A stretch of 64,000 bases of DNA. Origin: Ignavibacteriota bacterium. GTDB lineage: Bacteria; Bacteroidota; Ignavibacteria; UBA10030. The DNA lies in NCBI GenBank assembly GCA_963727825.1, contig CAVSHO010000009.1, forward strand, positions 256,001 through 320,000, written 5' to 3'. Each line of letters starts with the position of its first letter. Within the stretch, counting starts at the first letter, position 1. Below, one piece after another: positions 1 to 10,558 of the stretch. Both the position numbers and the translations under genes were made by a program. The notes below the pieces were generated by a model. That model was not told the origin of the DNA, made no database searches, and worked only from the letters and a program-made list of their open reading frames with translations.

Positions 1-306
1 AACGATGTGAAATGCAGGATCCGAAATTCCAGGTGTTCCCGCATCGGAAACAAGCGCGATAGATTGACCGGAAAGTAATTTCTCGATTAATTGCGGCGCA
101 CGCGCCTGCTCATTATAGCTATAGTAGCTCATCATCGGCTTGCTTATATTATAGTGGTCAAGCAGTATTTTTGTCTTGCGCGTATCTTCAGCGGCAATAA
201 GATCAACCAACGCCAGTACTTTTACCGCTCGGTATGTGATATCTTCTAAATTGCCGATTGGAGTGGCAACGAGATAAAGAGTGCCATTGTTAATGGACTC
301 CGACAT
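1..306 (-). CDS. rsmI: 16S rRNA (cytidine1402-2'-O)-methyltransferase, 5' part (runs off window)
   Basis: Manual translation from ATG at 306: MSESINNGTLYLVATPIGNLEDITYRAVKVL...IAAEDTRKT...VSDAGTPGISDP, the RsmI signature motifs; not in ORF track. Confidence 0.93.
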   Translation of the reverse strand, partial: MSESINNGTLYLVATPIGNLEDITYRAVKVLALVDLIAAEDTRKTKILLDHYNISKPMMSYYSYNEQARAPQLIEKLLSGQSIALVSDAGTPGISDPAFHIV

Positions 307-307
307 T

Positions 308-1153
308 TTATATTCCCCAATCTCTCACATAGCGGAAATCGACATTGACAGTGCGGTATGAAACTTTTGCTATCACCGGCGGACGGCGCTTGAATTGATT
401 TTTCTGAATCATCAAGCGAATCCTTTTGATAAATGACGGATCAAATTCCATTTTCACTAATTCTTCATCGGAATGCCGCTCGTCAATCATTTGGTACAAC
501 AACGCATCGAGTTTGGCATAAGTGACACCCATTTCTTTTTCATCGGTTTGACCTTCCCATAAATCTGCCGAAGGAGCCTTCTCGATTACCAGTTTCGGGA
601 CTCCGATTGCTTCCGCAAGCTGCCAGATCTGTGATTTGTATAGGTCGCCCAGCGGATTGATAGCGCTTGCAAGATCGCCATGTTGCGTTCCATATCCGAC
701 CAAAATTTCTGTTTTATTGCTTGTGCCAATTACGAGTGCTTTTTCACGCGCAGAAAGATCATAGAGCACAATCATCCGCATACGTGCCATTACATTACCG
801 CAGCGAAGTGGGTCAGTGATCTTGTTATCCTCACAATACCCATCCACCATCTTGCTGATATCAACTAATTCCGATTTAATACCGGTCACCTGAATCACTA
901 ACCTTGCATCTTCTACACTTTTCGGATTACTGGTGCGGTACGGTATCATCACACCGAGAACATTTTCTTTGCCAAGCGCTTCCGCTGCAAGTGCCGCCGA
1001 TACAGCCGAATCAACTCCACCGGAAATCCCAATAACGGCTTTTGTGAATCCGGCATTTGATGTCTGGTCTTTAATGAATCTGACGAGCAGTTCCCGCACA
1101 ATCTTTGTGTTGAGTTTGAGATCCGCCCGATTAGCCTGTTGCGATGTTTCCAT
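308..1153 (-). CDS. nadE: NH3-dependent NAD+ synthetase
   Basis: GISGGVDS, GNVMARMRM, GTSNKTE, KAPSADLWEGQTDE motifs; no glutaminase domain. Confidence 0.95.
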   Translation of the reverse strand: METSQQANRADLKLNTKIVRELLVRFIKDQTSNAGFTKAVIGISGGVDSAVSAALAAEALGKENVLGVMIPYRTSNPKSVEDARLVIQVTGIKSELVDISKMVDGYCEDNKITDPLRCGNVMARMRMIVLYDLSAREKALVIGTSNKTEILVGYGTQHGDLASAINPLGDLYKSQIWQLAEAIGVPKLVIEKAPSADLWEGQTDEKEMGVTYAKLDALLYQMIDERHSDEELVKMEFDPSFIKRIRLMIQKNQFKRRPPVIAKVSYRTVNVDFRYVRDWGI

Positions 1154-1162
1154 ATTTAGCCT

Positions 1163-2527
1163 CTAAGCTGGTTTCATTTCTTGCAAGCAGTGACGGATAA
1201 TATCTATTCCTTCGTCCACTTCTCTTTTCGATAGATTCAATGGCGGGCGGAATCGGATTGTTCGCTCACTGCACCCAATAAGTATCAGCCCATTTTCTAT
1301 CGCTTTTTCTTTTATTAAATCGCGGTTCTGTTTTGAGTCGAGATCCATTGCGCAAAGTAATCCAAGCCCGCGTGTATTACTGATAAGTTCTGGAAATTCG
1401 TTCTCCAGTGCATTGAGGTTTTTGTGCAGATACTCTCCAACTACGAATGCATTTTCTACCAACTGCTCCTCTTCAATTATTTCTAATATCCTCGTAGCAC
1501 GTACCATGTCAATCAGATTGCCGCCAAAAGTAGAATTGAGCCGGTTTGGTACATGAAAAACATTTTCTGTCACTTCATCTATGCGTGCGCTCGAGACGAA
1601 TCCACAAACTTGCAATTTTTTCCCGAACGTCATCATATCCGGTTTTACAGAATATTCATGCGCCCACATTTTGCCGGTGATACCCATTCCGACCTGCACC
1701 TCATCGAAAATAAGCATGATTTCATTTTCATCACAGATGGTACGCAATTCCACAAAAAATTCTTTCCGGAAATGTTTATCGCCGCCTTCCGCTTGAATCG
1801 GCTCAATGATAAGCGCGGCTATGTCATCCCTGTTCTCCGTGATTGCTTTTTTAATTTGTTCAATAACTATCGCCTCTTCCTTTTTTACTCCTTCCAATCG
1901 CGCTTCTGTGAGCGGAAATGCTAAAACTGGATTATGAATGCGCGGCCATTGGAATTTCGGAAAGAACATAATCTTGATCGGTTCTGAGTTTGTTAACGAA
2001 AGTGTATAGCCGGAACGCCCATGGAACGCATTCTTGAAGTGAATAACTTGCGTACCTACCTCGCGTGTGTACCCTTTGGCAAAGTTTTTTCGCACTTTCC
2101 AATCGAACGCCGCTTTAAGTGCATTTTCATTTCCCAGTGCGCCGCCTTCAATGAAAAACGCATGCGGCAAATATGCCGGTTGTGCTATTCGCGCAAAGGT
2201 TTCAACAAATTCCGCCATCTCGACAGTGTAAACATCGGAGTTAGATGGCTTGTGCACCGCTGCTCGCCCAAGTTTTGCAAGAAACTCCGGCGTCGTCATT
2301 TTAGGATGATTCATTCCAATCGCGCCTGAAGCAAAGAACGAAAAAAAATCGAGCAAGGTTTTATTTGTCCGCGAATCGTAGATATACGAACCGTGGCTTT
2401 TCTGAAGATCAACGACAAAATCGAATCCATCCGCCAGCATGTGCCGATTAAGAACAGCATGCACTTCAGATGGCTGAATGATCACAGGATTTTTTATCGT
2501 TGGTTTTATGTTTGGTTGCTCAGGCAT
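1163..2527 (-). CDS. lat: L-lysine 6-transaminase (class III PLP aminotransferase)
   Basis: HKPSNSDVYT, FIEGGALGNENALKAAFDWK, EPIQAEGGD, FDEVQ, FGKKLQVCG are characteristic of Lat. Confidence 0.85.
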   Translation of the reverse strand: MPEQPNIKPTIKNPVIIQPSEVHAVLNRHMLADGFDFVVDLQKSHGSYIYDSRTNKTLLDFFSFFASGAIGMNHPKMTTPEFLAKLGRAAVHKPSNSDVYTVEMAEFVETFARIAQPAYLPHAFFIEGGALGNENALKAAFDWKVRKNFAKGYTREVGTQVIHFKNAFHGRSGYTLSLTNSEPIKIMFFPKFQWPRIHNPVLAFPLTEARLEGVKKEEAIVIEQIKKAITENRDDIAALIIEPIQAEGGDKHFRKEFFVELRTICDENEIMLIFDEVQVGMGITGKMWAHEYSVKPDMMTFGKKLQVCGFVSSARIDEVTENVFHVPNRLNSTFGGNLIDMVRATRILEIIEEEQLVENAFVVGEYLHKNLNALENEFPELISNTRGLGLLCAMDLDSKQNRDLIKEKAIENGLILIGCSERTIRFRPPLNLSKREVDEGIDIIRHCLQEMKPA

Positions 2528-2535
2528 GAGTTATC

Positions 2536-3852
2536 TTATTGAATTCCTACGTGTTCAAAAATATATTCAACATGTTTCAAACTTCTTTTCGGATCAAAAA
2601 GTTCAGCGAGTTCTTTCTTTGATAAATACTTCATCACATCTTCGCTTCCAAGAAGCAGTGCTTTGAAATCTTTTTCTTCCCCCGAAGGGGCAGATTCCTG
2701 TTTCCATACTTTCATTGCTTGTTCCTGTACTATGCGATAAGCATCTTCGCGTTTCATTCCTTTCTTGGTCAACGCAAGCAAAACTTCTTGTGAAAAGATC
2801 AAGCCGCGTGTAGAATTGAGATTGCGTATCATATGTTCCGGATAGACAAGGAGTTTGTCGATAATCTTCATCATATCAGCAAGGATGAAATCCAAAATGA
2901 TACAGCTATCAGGAATGATAACGCGCTCAACCGAAGAATGCGAAATATCGCGCTCATGCCATAACGCGACATTTTCCATTGCTGCTAAAGCGTTTGAACG
3001 AAGAACACGCGCCAATCCGGCAATTCGTTCGCACACTATCGGATTTCTTTTATGCGGCATTGCCGAAGAGCCTTTTTGCCCCTTGGAAAAATATTCCTCC
3101 GCTTCAAGGACTTCGGTTTTTTGGAGATGCCGGATTTCTGTGGCAAACTTTTCTAACGAACAACCGCAAATGGCGAGCACATTCATAAACTCTGCGTGAC
3201 GATCACGCTGAATTATTTGCGTCGAAATCGGTGCAGGTTGCAATCCGAGCTTTTTACATACATAACGCTCAACAGAAGGGTCAAAATGCTGGTAAGTACC
3301 GACAGCGCCGGATATTTTTCCGACAGAGATTGTTTTCAGTGATATATTCAATCGTTCAATATTACGCACTGTCTCTGCATACCAAAGCGCTAGTTTTAGT
3401 CCGAAGGTAATCGGTTCGGCATGGACGCCATGCGTTCTGCCAATCATTATAGTATGTTTGAATTCCTTTGCCCTCCGCGCAAGAACGTTTTTCAAACCCT
3501 CTAATCCTTTCAGCAATAATTCTCCAGATTGTTTCATCTGCACTGCAAGCGCAGTATCCAACACGTCCGATGACGTCATACCAAGATGAATGAAGCGCGA
3601 CTCCGGGCCTACGTATTCTCCGACATTTGTCAGGAATGCGATAACATCGTGTTTCACTTCATGCTCGATCTCGAGAATTCGAGCAACATTGAAGCCTCCC
3701 TTTTCCCGGATTACTTTCATAGCTTTCTTTGGAACAATACCGAGTTCGGTTTGTGCTTCGCAAGCCAGTGTTTCTATTTCCAACCAAATGCGAAATTTGT
3801 TTTCATCTTCCCAAATCTTTCCCATCGCAGGGCGTGTATAGCGTTCTATCAT
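2536..3852 (-). CDS. purB: Adenylosuccinate lyase
   Basis: MIERY start, HDVIAF, GRTHGVHAEP, GSSAMPHKRNP signature. Confidence 0.97.
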   Translation of the reverse strand: MIERYTRPAMGKIWEDENKFRIWLEIETLACEAQTELGIVPKKAMKVIREKGGFNVARILEIEHEVKHDVIAFLTNVGEYVGPESRFIHLGMTSSDVLDTALAVQMKQSGELLLKGLEGLKNVLARRAKEFKHTIMIGRTHGVHAEPITFGLKLALWYAETVRNIERLNISLKTISVGKISGAVGTYQHFDPSVERYVCKKLGLQPAPISTQIIQRDRHAEFMNVLAICGCSLEKFATEIRHLQKTEVLEAEEYFSKGQKGSSAMPHKRNPIVCERIAGLARVLRSNALAAMENVALWHERDISHSSVERVIIPDSCIILDFILADMMKIIDKLLVYPEHMIRNLNSTRGLIFSQEVLLALTKKGMKREDAYRIVQEQAMKVWKQESAPSGEEKDFKALLLGSEDVMKYLSKKELAELFDPKRSLKHVEYIFEHVGIQ

Positions 3853-5067
3853 TTTCGTTCCTTCTGAGTAGATTCTAATTTCAGAGATACATCGATCGTT
3901 TTATGGTCACGAAATACCTTAAATTTTAGATAATCGCCTGGACTTGATTCGATCATGACAGCAAGAATATCATTATCGGAATTTACTTTCTCGCCATTGA
4001 CTTCAAGAACAACATCGCCGATTTTTAATCCAGCTTTTACTGCTGGTCCGCCTGCCTGAATGTCAGTCACAATTACACCCTGTGGTTGCTTCATTCCTAG
4101 AATTTGAGCAAGGTTGGCATTTACAGATTGCACGTCAAATCCTGCAGTGATATCGCGTGAAATTTTTCCTTTATTTTTTATCTCCGTGACGATCTTTTTT
4201 ATTTTATTTATTGGAATTGCAAAACCATACCCGATATATGTACTGCTTTGTCCTCCCGTAAAGATTAGAGTATTCATCCCGATCACTTCTCCGTTGCTAT
4301 TAACAAGTGGCCCACCGCTGTTTCCGCCATTAATCGCTGCATCTGTTTCAATCATGTCGTGATAGTACCGGTTTTCCATTTGTCCTAATTTCATTCCTGT
4401 CGCGCTGATAACGCCCACTGTCACGGTCGGTTTATCGTTAATTTCGAATAAGCCAAAAGGATTGCCGAGCGCGATCGCCCATTCACCAATAATTACTTCA
4501 TCAGAATTACCTAAAGCAACGTACGGAAGTTCTTTACCATCAACTTTCAGCAGGCAAATATCTGTTGCTGGATCAGAACCCACAACTTTTGCTTTCATTT
4601 GCTTACCGCCGGAGATGGTGATAGTGATATCTGTGGCGTTGCCTGCAACGTGATCGTTTGTAACTATATAACCATCCGGTGAAATTATAAATCCGGAGCC
4701 AAGTTCTTTTACTGGTTGCTTATACGTCTGATCTCCAAAGAATTGTCTCCAGATTGGATCATTTAGAAATCCTGAAAAGGGATATGACAGTCACTTGTCG
4801 CACAGCAATTACATTGATACCAACGACTGCCGGGCTGACTTTCGCCACCGCGCGTGTGATAGCATTTTGCCGTGACGTGTGAAGTGGATCATCGTCCTGT
4901 CCTGCTTTATCCTCTTTATGTTCTGCCTGAGAAAACGCCTGATTAAAAGTCGTATCGGCGGCGTGTACAGGTTTCATGCCGGAAGGTTTTACGATATATC
5001 CAAGTCCAAAACCGAGAAGAAGCGGCACGGTTAAGATGATAAAGAAACGTGTGTATGGGTTATTCAT
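3849..5067 (-). CDS. HtrA/DegP-family serine protease with one PDZ domain (frameshifted near 4770-4790)
   Basis: N-part 4759-5067 has TM segment and VSPAVVGI; the frame upstream of 4598 gives GSGFIIS...VTNDHV; then IETDAAINGGNSGGPL and PDZ; break is probably an assembly indel. Confidence 0.88.
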
Positions 5068-5097
5068 AGATGAACCTCAAAATTTGGAAAATAAAAA

Positions 5098-5718
5098 TCA
5101 AGTGACAGAATATTTGTGTCGAATTATTTCTTTTAACGGCTGCCAATGACTTAACAAATGGATGCCACTCATAATAAACGAAAAAATCCTGTAATCAGTT
5201 GCAGAAATATTGCGTACCATTACCGCCTCAATCCAGGTTGATGGAATTATCAGCAGAATAATTGGTGCAAGAAAAATAGAAGCGATATTTGCCCTTAAAA
5301 TATTCTTTACGCTTACAAATGCAATGAACCACGTTAAGCACCAAACAATTGTGTAGCTGATACCGATTGCAAACATTCCGCCTGCTGCCGGCGCTAAACC
5401 TCTTCCGCCTTGGAATCGAAGCCATATCGGATAATTATGACCGATTAATGCACTGCATAATGCCGCAGATTGATTCCAAAATGAACCGCCGAGGAGCTGC
5501 CAGGCTGCCAACGCCACGATGAATCCTTTTATTCCATCCAGTACACCGACGATGATACCGATTTTTTTCGATTGTGTTACATCATATGCATTGAAGGCAC
5601 CAACATTTCCACTGCCATTTTTGCGGATATCAATATTAGCCCTTCGACGGACTATAAGGTACGCCATTGGAATGGAACCCAAAAGATATCCTCCAAAAAT
5701 GCTAATGAATAACATCAA
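5098..5718 (-). CDS. plsY: Glycerol-3-phosphate acyltransferase PlsY family
   Basis: [40 protein letters not shown]; multi-TM. Confidence 0.82.
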   Translation of the reverse strand: MMLFISIFGGYLLGSIPMAYLIVRRRANIDIRKNGSGNVGAFNAYDVTQSKKIGIIVGVLDGIKGFIVALAAWQLLGGSFWNQSAALCSALIGHNYPIWLRFQGGRGLAPAAGGMFAIGISYTIVWCLTWFIAFVSVKNILRANIASIFLAPIILLIIPSTWIEAVMVRNISATDYRIFSFIMSGIHLLSHWQPLKEIIRHKYSVT

Positions 5719-5909
5719 GGAATAAGGATATTGTAATTGTGGTTGATAAAAACGTTTCTTGAAGAAAAATACGGAAAAGTGAAGGGGAAAGCAAGGTAAG
5801 CGAAGAAGACGAATTATTGAGTCGATGAACAGTGTAGATTTCGAATTATAGATTTGATAAAAACGCCTTTTATCGGTTCAACTATTCGACTAATGATCGG
5901 CCTACCTGC

Positions 5910-8000
5910 TTAATCCAAAAATACCCAATTTACTCCTAGCCGAACATTTCTTCCCGGCATCGGATAGATAGGTGAAAGAATATATCCAGCATTCAGAATA
6001 TTATTCCACGAAAGAGAAACATGCGCATCACCTATTTTCAAAATTAGAAACAGATCGAACGTCGTTGAACGACCTATCAAATCGCTATTATATTGAACAT
6101 AGGAAAGCGTTTGCGGATCAAACTGCATGCCTAGTTGTCTGTTAAGGAACTGAGAACGTAATCCAATTTTCCCATCCCAATGCTCAAATATAAGATTGCC
6201 CCGATAACTAACTTCTCCGGAAAGAATAATATTCGGCATCAAAGTTTTAATCGTATCTGCTTGCTCGTACCGCGTCAATGTCATCACACCGAGCACTTCA
6301 AAATGATGCCAGTAAAACAATATCCTGCCGTTGAGTCCCGATGATTTGACTTCACTAATATTCGAAATATTAATAGCAGACGAACCGTACTTCGTAACTG
6401 CTGGTTGAAAAACAATCGCGTTCTTCACGGTTCGCTGAAAAGCGGCAAGATTCAATTGAAGATTTGAACCAGTATTTATGTCGATGCCGCCTTGAAGAAA
6501 AGAATGTTGTTCTTTAACGATTTCATTCGTGCGAATAACTGTTGAATCTCTCCAGTATCGTTCCTGTAACGTCGGAAATCTGTCATATTTCGATGCATCG
6601 ATAAACAGCGTTATCCAATCAGTAAGAACAGATTTCGCTCCGATACCCAAGCTGAGATTTCTTTCGCCATCTAATGAAGTCGAGCGTGAAGAAATTGACG
6701 GTATAAAAATATTTGTCAAACATACTTCCGCTTGCGCGAAAAGAGATTTCTCAGATTCGATGTGCGATGGAAGTGTTCGTGTGGAATCGCTCTGCCGTCT
6801 TTCAAAATCTCCACCAACTGTTAGATGCACAGGACTAAATGAAAAGTGCTGCTCAAGACGGACTCCCCAAAACGACGCTTTCGTCGAATCATCAATATTT
6901 TGATAAAGTCCATTTTGATAATCCGGCGGATTCCAATATTCTCGTTCAAGAGTGCTGTAATAGAAACTCGCTTGCGTGGTGGAAGAAGAATCCGAGAATA
7001 TACGTGCGATTGTCGAAAGTGTAACGTCGCGGCGTGAGCGCTCATCGTGTGCATATTGATTGAATACTATTGCAGTTGCCTCATCGAAGAGTGACGCCGA
7101 TTGTGATGGATCCACTCCACCATTAAGCCCGTTACCGGCTTTAGTGTAAAAATCAGTAAGCGCAATATTCAAACGATCCGAGAAATTATAGCGCAGCCGC
7201 GTGCGTACATTCCAAGCATCTAAATACGCGTTTGTATATCGCCCCACAGTAACAGTGCGTTGAAAACCAATCATCAAGTTCAAGCCGCGGGCAATATTCT
7301 GTGTGAAGAGACCATCGGTCAAAATGGTTCCATTTGGATCCTGAACAAATCGGAGTTTCGTTAGTGGGCGATAACTGTTGTACGAACGCGAAACGAAATT
7401 CAACGCCGTTCCGTCTTCGCCGGATGCCAAAATCGAAGTCGAGCCGGAAAGAATCTCGGTGTGATCGATAAATTCTAGCGGTAAGTCCGAAAGATTATAT
7501 GTGCCGGTCACGGGATCGTTCATCGGGCGTCCATCTAACAAAATTTCGATGCCGCGTCCATCAACGCCAAATGCGTTTAGTTGTCCCCACTTGCCCGCTT
7601 CACCTAAATCGCGATAGAAAAATCCGGGGAGTTTCCACAGCAAATCTCCAACATACTTTGCATCGCTCCATAAGAATTGTTTTTGATGAAGCACGTCTGT
7701 CGTATCAACTTCGTTAATGATTTGCCCCATTCCAGGAAGGAAGCGAATCCGAACAGAATCAATAACAGTAGAATCAGCATGTGCGGTTGATATTGCGCCA
7801 ACTCCGTTTTTTAGCGTGTCGACAAAGGATTGAGACTTCCGCGGCTCTATGACGATATTATGACTCATTGAATCTACGTTTATCGTGGATGTCCGGGTAA
7901 TTACAGGCGATGTTTTTGTTTCGGTATGTTGAGCAGCTGCGAGTGCCGCAATAAGGAGTGAAAGAATAACAAGTGCAGAAATACGGATAATGAATTTCAA
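5910..8000 (-). CDS. TonB-dependent-receptor-like outer membrane protein (plug plus beta-barrel)
   Basis: Signal peptide, plug motif DLLWKLPGF...ILLDGRPMND, C-terminal YPMPGRNVRLGVNWVFLD beta-signal. Confidence 0.75.
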   Translation of the reverse strand: MKFIIRISALVILSLLIAALAAAQHTETKTSPVITRTSTINVDSMSHNIVIEPRKSQSFVDTLKNGVGAISTAHADSTVIDSVRIRFLPGMGQIINEVDTTDVLHQKQFLWSDAKYVGDLLWKLPGFFYRDLGEAGKWGQLNAFGVDGRGIEILLDGRPMNDPVTGTYNLSDLPLEFIDHTEILSGSTSILASGEDGTALNFVSRSYNSYRPLTKLRFVQDPNGTILTDGLFTQNIARGLNLMIGFQRTVTVGRYTNAYLDAWNVRTRLRYNFSDRLNIALTDFYTKAGNGLNGGVDPSQSASLFDEATAIVFNQYAHDERSRRDVTLSTIARIFSDSSSTTQASFYYSTLEREYWNPPDYQNGLYQNIDDSTKASFWGVRLEQHFSFSPVHLTVGGDFERRQSDSTRTLPSHIESEKSLFAQAEVCLTNIFIPSISSRSTSLDGERNLSLGIGAKSVLTDWITLFIDASKYDRFPTLQERYWRDSTVIRTNEIVKEQHSFLQGGIDINTGSNLQLNLAAFQRTVKNAIVFQPAVTKYGSSAINISNISEVKSSGLNGRILFYWHHFEVLGVMTLTRYEQADTIKTLMPNIILSGEVSYRGNLIFEHWDGKIGLRSQFLNRQLGMQFDPQTLSYVQYNSDLIGRSTTFDLFLILKIGDAHVSLSWNNILNAGYILSPIYPMPGRNVRLGVNWVFLD

Positions 8001-8003
8001 GAT

Positions 8004-8867
8004 TTAGTCGATTTTAGGTTGGTGAATCGATTTGAACGAAGGCGCTGTAATCGAAGTTTGATAATTTTTTGGGAATGATGAAAGTGCAGCGAGCGCTTTC
8101 TTATTGTTTTCAAAAAAACCATATATCGATGAACCGCTGCCGCTCATCAATGAAAATACAGCCCCCATCTCGATTAACTTCTGTTTGATGCGGCTGAGTT
8201 CGGGATAAATTTTAAATACCGACAACTCGAAATCATTTTGAACAACTGATGCCAATTTTTGAGGATTGGACATTTGTTTCACAAGTTTGGTACGCAATCC
8301 GCTTGCTTTTTCATTTCGTTTTAATACAAGGTGATTGTAAGCCCATGCCGTAGGAATACGAATCAAAGGTGTAACAACTGCAATCCAAAACGGCATTGTA
8401 AAAGAAAAAGATTCCAAAATTTCGCCCCGCCCCGTAGCATACGCAGTTCCGCCATCGATGAAAAATGGAACATCCGAACCGATCTGTGCTGCAAGTGTAT
8501 GCAATTGATTATTCGATAATTTTAATTCCCAAAAATGATTTAAGCCGCAAAGCACTGCCGCCGCATCACTGCTGCCGCCGCCGAGTCCACCACCGACAGG
8601 AATATTTTTTTTCAAATGAATCATCACTCCCTGTCGAACATGTTTTTCTTTTTGCAGGAGGTTTGCAGCACCAAGGCAAAGATTGGATCCATCTACTGGA
8701 ACGAGAATGGAATCAGCAGTCATTGCTACTTTGTCATGCCGTTGCAATTCAATTTCATCAAAACAATCGATCTCGTGGAAAACTGTTTCTAGATCGTGAT
8801 AACCATCCGATCTTTTCCCAAGGATATTAAGCCCGATATTAATTTTTGCGTATGCGCGGAGTTTCAT
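8004..8867 (-). CDS. ispE: 4-diphosphocytidyl-2-C-methyl-D-erythritol kinase
   Basis: AYAKINIGL, KNIPVGGGLGGGSSDAA, IGSDVPFF, MSGSGS. Confidence 0.96.
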   Translation of the reverse strand: MKLRAYAKINIGLNILGKRSDGYHDLETVFHEIDCFDEIELQRHDKVAMTADSILVPVDGSNLCLGAANLLQKEKHVRQGVMIHLKKNIPVGGGLGGGSSDAAAVLCGLNHFWELKLSNNQLHTLAAQIGSDVPFFIDGGTAYATGRGEILESFSFTMPFWIAVVTPLIRIPTAWAYNHLVLKRNEKASGLRTKLVKQMSNPQKLASVVQNDFELSVFKIYPELSRIKQKLIEMGAVFSLMSGSGSSIYGFFENNKKALAALSSFPKNYQTSITAPSFKSIHQPKID

Positions 8868-9149
8868 TTTATTTTACCAACTGTCAGCGCTGCAAAGAAA
8901 TAGTCTGCAAAATCTTCGCCTACAACTGCATCCCGGCAGAACTATAGCAGACAAGGAAGTAGAAGCTATCTTAACAATGATTTTAATTCACTCTGACAGC
9001 TAGTGTATTATTGACATAGCTTCTAATCAAAGTAAGCACAAGGGAAAATAACGGAATTACGTGGCAGATGCAAGGCATTGAATGGTATTAGCTTCTTTGA
9101 TTGTTCCGGCATTTTTTCGTATGTTTTTTAACGAACGAGACCGAGCTAT

Positions 9150-10019
9150 ATGAATATCCCTAAGACGAAATCAACAATCATCGGTACAATTCACATCGGC
9201 GGTAATCATCCATTAGTGCTGATTGCGGGACCTTGCGTAGTCGAAAACCGCGAGATGATTTTTCAAACGGTAAAGATTATTCAATCCATTACACAACGAC
9301 ATCAGATGCCGTTCATTTTCAAGTCGTCTTATAGAAAAGCAAACCGCATGAGCGGCAATTCCTTTGCATCAATTGGCGACGAGAAAGCTTTAAAAATTCT
9401 TGCAGAAGTAAAACGCGAATTCGATGTGCCAATTCTTACCGACATTCATACCCCCGCCGAAGCAGCTATAGCGGCAGAGATTGCAGATGTATTGCAGATT
9501 CCAGCATTTCTGTGCCGACAAACTGAATTACTTGAAGCCGCTGGAAGAACCGATAAAGTCGTGAATATCAAGAAGGGACAATTCGTTGCACCGGAGGATA
9601 TGCATCTTGCCGCGGAAAAAGTTGCTGCCACAGGCAATGATAAAATTCTGCTTACTGAACGCGGAACAACTTTTGGCTACCATAATCTTGTTGTGGATAT
9701 GCGATCCTTGCCGATAATGCGAAAGTCAGGATATCCAGTGGTGTTGGATGCCACGCACTCTTTGCAGTTACCTGGAGGTGTAAAGAATCAGAGCGGTGGT
9801 CAACCCGAATTTATTTTCCCTATCGCGCGTGCCGGTGCTGCTGCTGGCTGTGATGCACTTTTTATAGAGACACATCCGAATCCTGCGGAAGCGCTTAGCG
9901 ACGCTGCCAGCCAGTTAAAATTAGATTTGCTTGAAGAATTGGTGAAGCAAGTGAAAGCGATTGATGATTTGGTGAAGAGGATTTTAAATGAGATATTCAA
10001 TAAAACAGTCTTCTTTTGA
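9150..10019 (+). CDS. kdsA: KDO8P synthase
   Basis: IAGPCVVE, FKSSYRKANR, QIPAFLCRQT, NIKKGQF, DATHSLQLPG. Confidence 0.96.
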   Translation: MNIPKTKSTIIGTIHIGGNHPLVLIAGPCVVENREMIFQTVKIIQSITQRHQMPFIFKSSYRKANRMSGNSFASIGDEKALKILAEVKREFDVPILTDIHTPAEAAIAAEIADVLQIPAFLCRQTELLEAAGRTDKVVNIKKGQFVAPEDMHLAAEKVAATGNDKILLTERGTTFGYHNLVVDMRSLPIMRKSGYPVVLDATHSLQLPGGVKNQSGGQPEFIFPIARAGAAAGCDALFIETHPNPAEALSDAASQLKLDLLEELVKQVKAIDDLVKRILNEIFNKTVFF

Positions 10020-10048
10020 ATTGATTTGCTGCTGTGATAAATAGAAAC

Positions 10049-10546
10049 ATGGCAAAGAAAACGAAACTAACAAATCTAAAGCATATCAGACTCCTTCTTC
10101 TTGACGTTGACGGTGTGATGACAGATGGAGGATTATATTTTTCCAATTCCGGAGATGAGTTTAAGAGATTCAACTCCACGGATGGATACGGCATAACTAA
10201 ACTTCAGCAAGCAGGTATAAAAGTCGGTATAATCACCGGGCGATCATCAAAGATCGTTAAAAGACGAGCAAAAGAATTAAAAATCACAGAAGTATATCAG
10301 AATTTTCAAAATAAAACAGACGCATACGAATCCATTAAAAAGAAATTAGAGCTTACTGACACAAACATAGCGTATATCGGTGATGATGAGTTTGATCTTG
10401 CGGTGCTGGAGTGTGTCGGATTTTCTGCTGCACCTGCGGATGCAATGCCGGTCGTGAAAAAACAAGTGCATTATGTTTGCACACACGGCGGCGGTAATGG
10501 CGCTGTGCGTGAAGTCATCGATTTGATTTTAAAGAATCAGAGGTAA
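10049..10546 (+). CDS. kdsC: KDO8P phosphatase (HAD)
   Basis: LLLDVDGVMTDG, IITGR, YIGDD, GGNGAVRE. Confidence 0.93.
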   Translation: MAKKTKLTNLKHIRLLLLDVDGVMTDGGLYFSNSGDEFKRFNSTDGYGITKLQQAGIKVGIITGRSSKIVKRRAKELKITEVYQNFQNKTDAYESIKKKLELTDTNIAYIGDDEFDLAVLECVGFSAAPADAMPVVKKQVHYVCTHGGGNGAVREVIDLILKNQR

Positions 10547-10558
10547 CGAGAGAAACCT

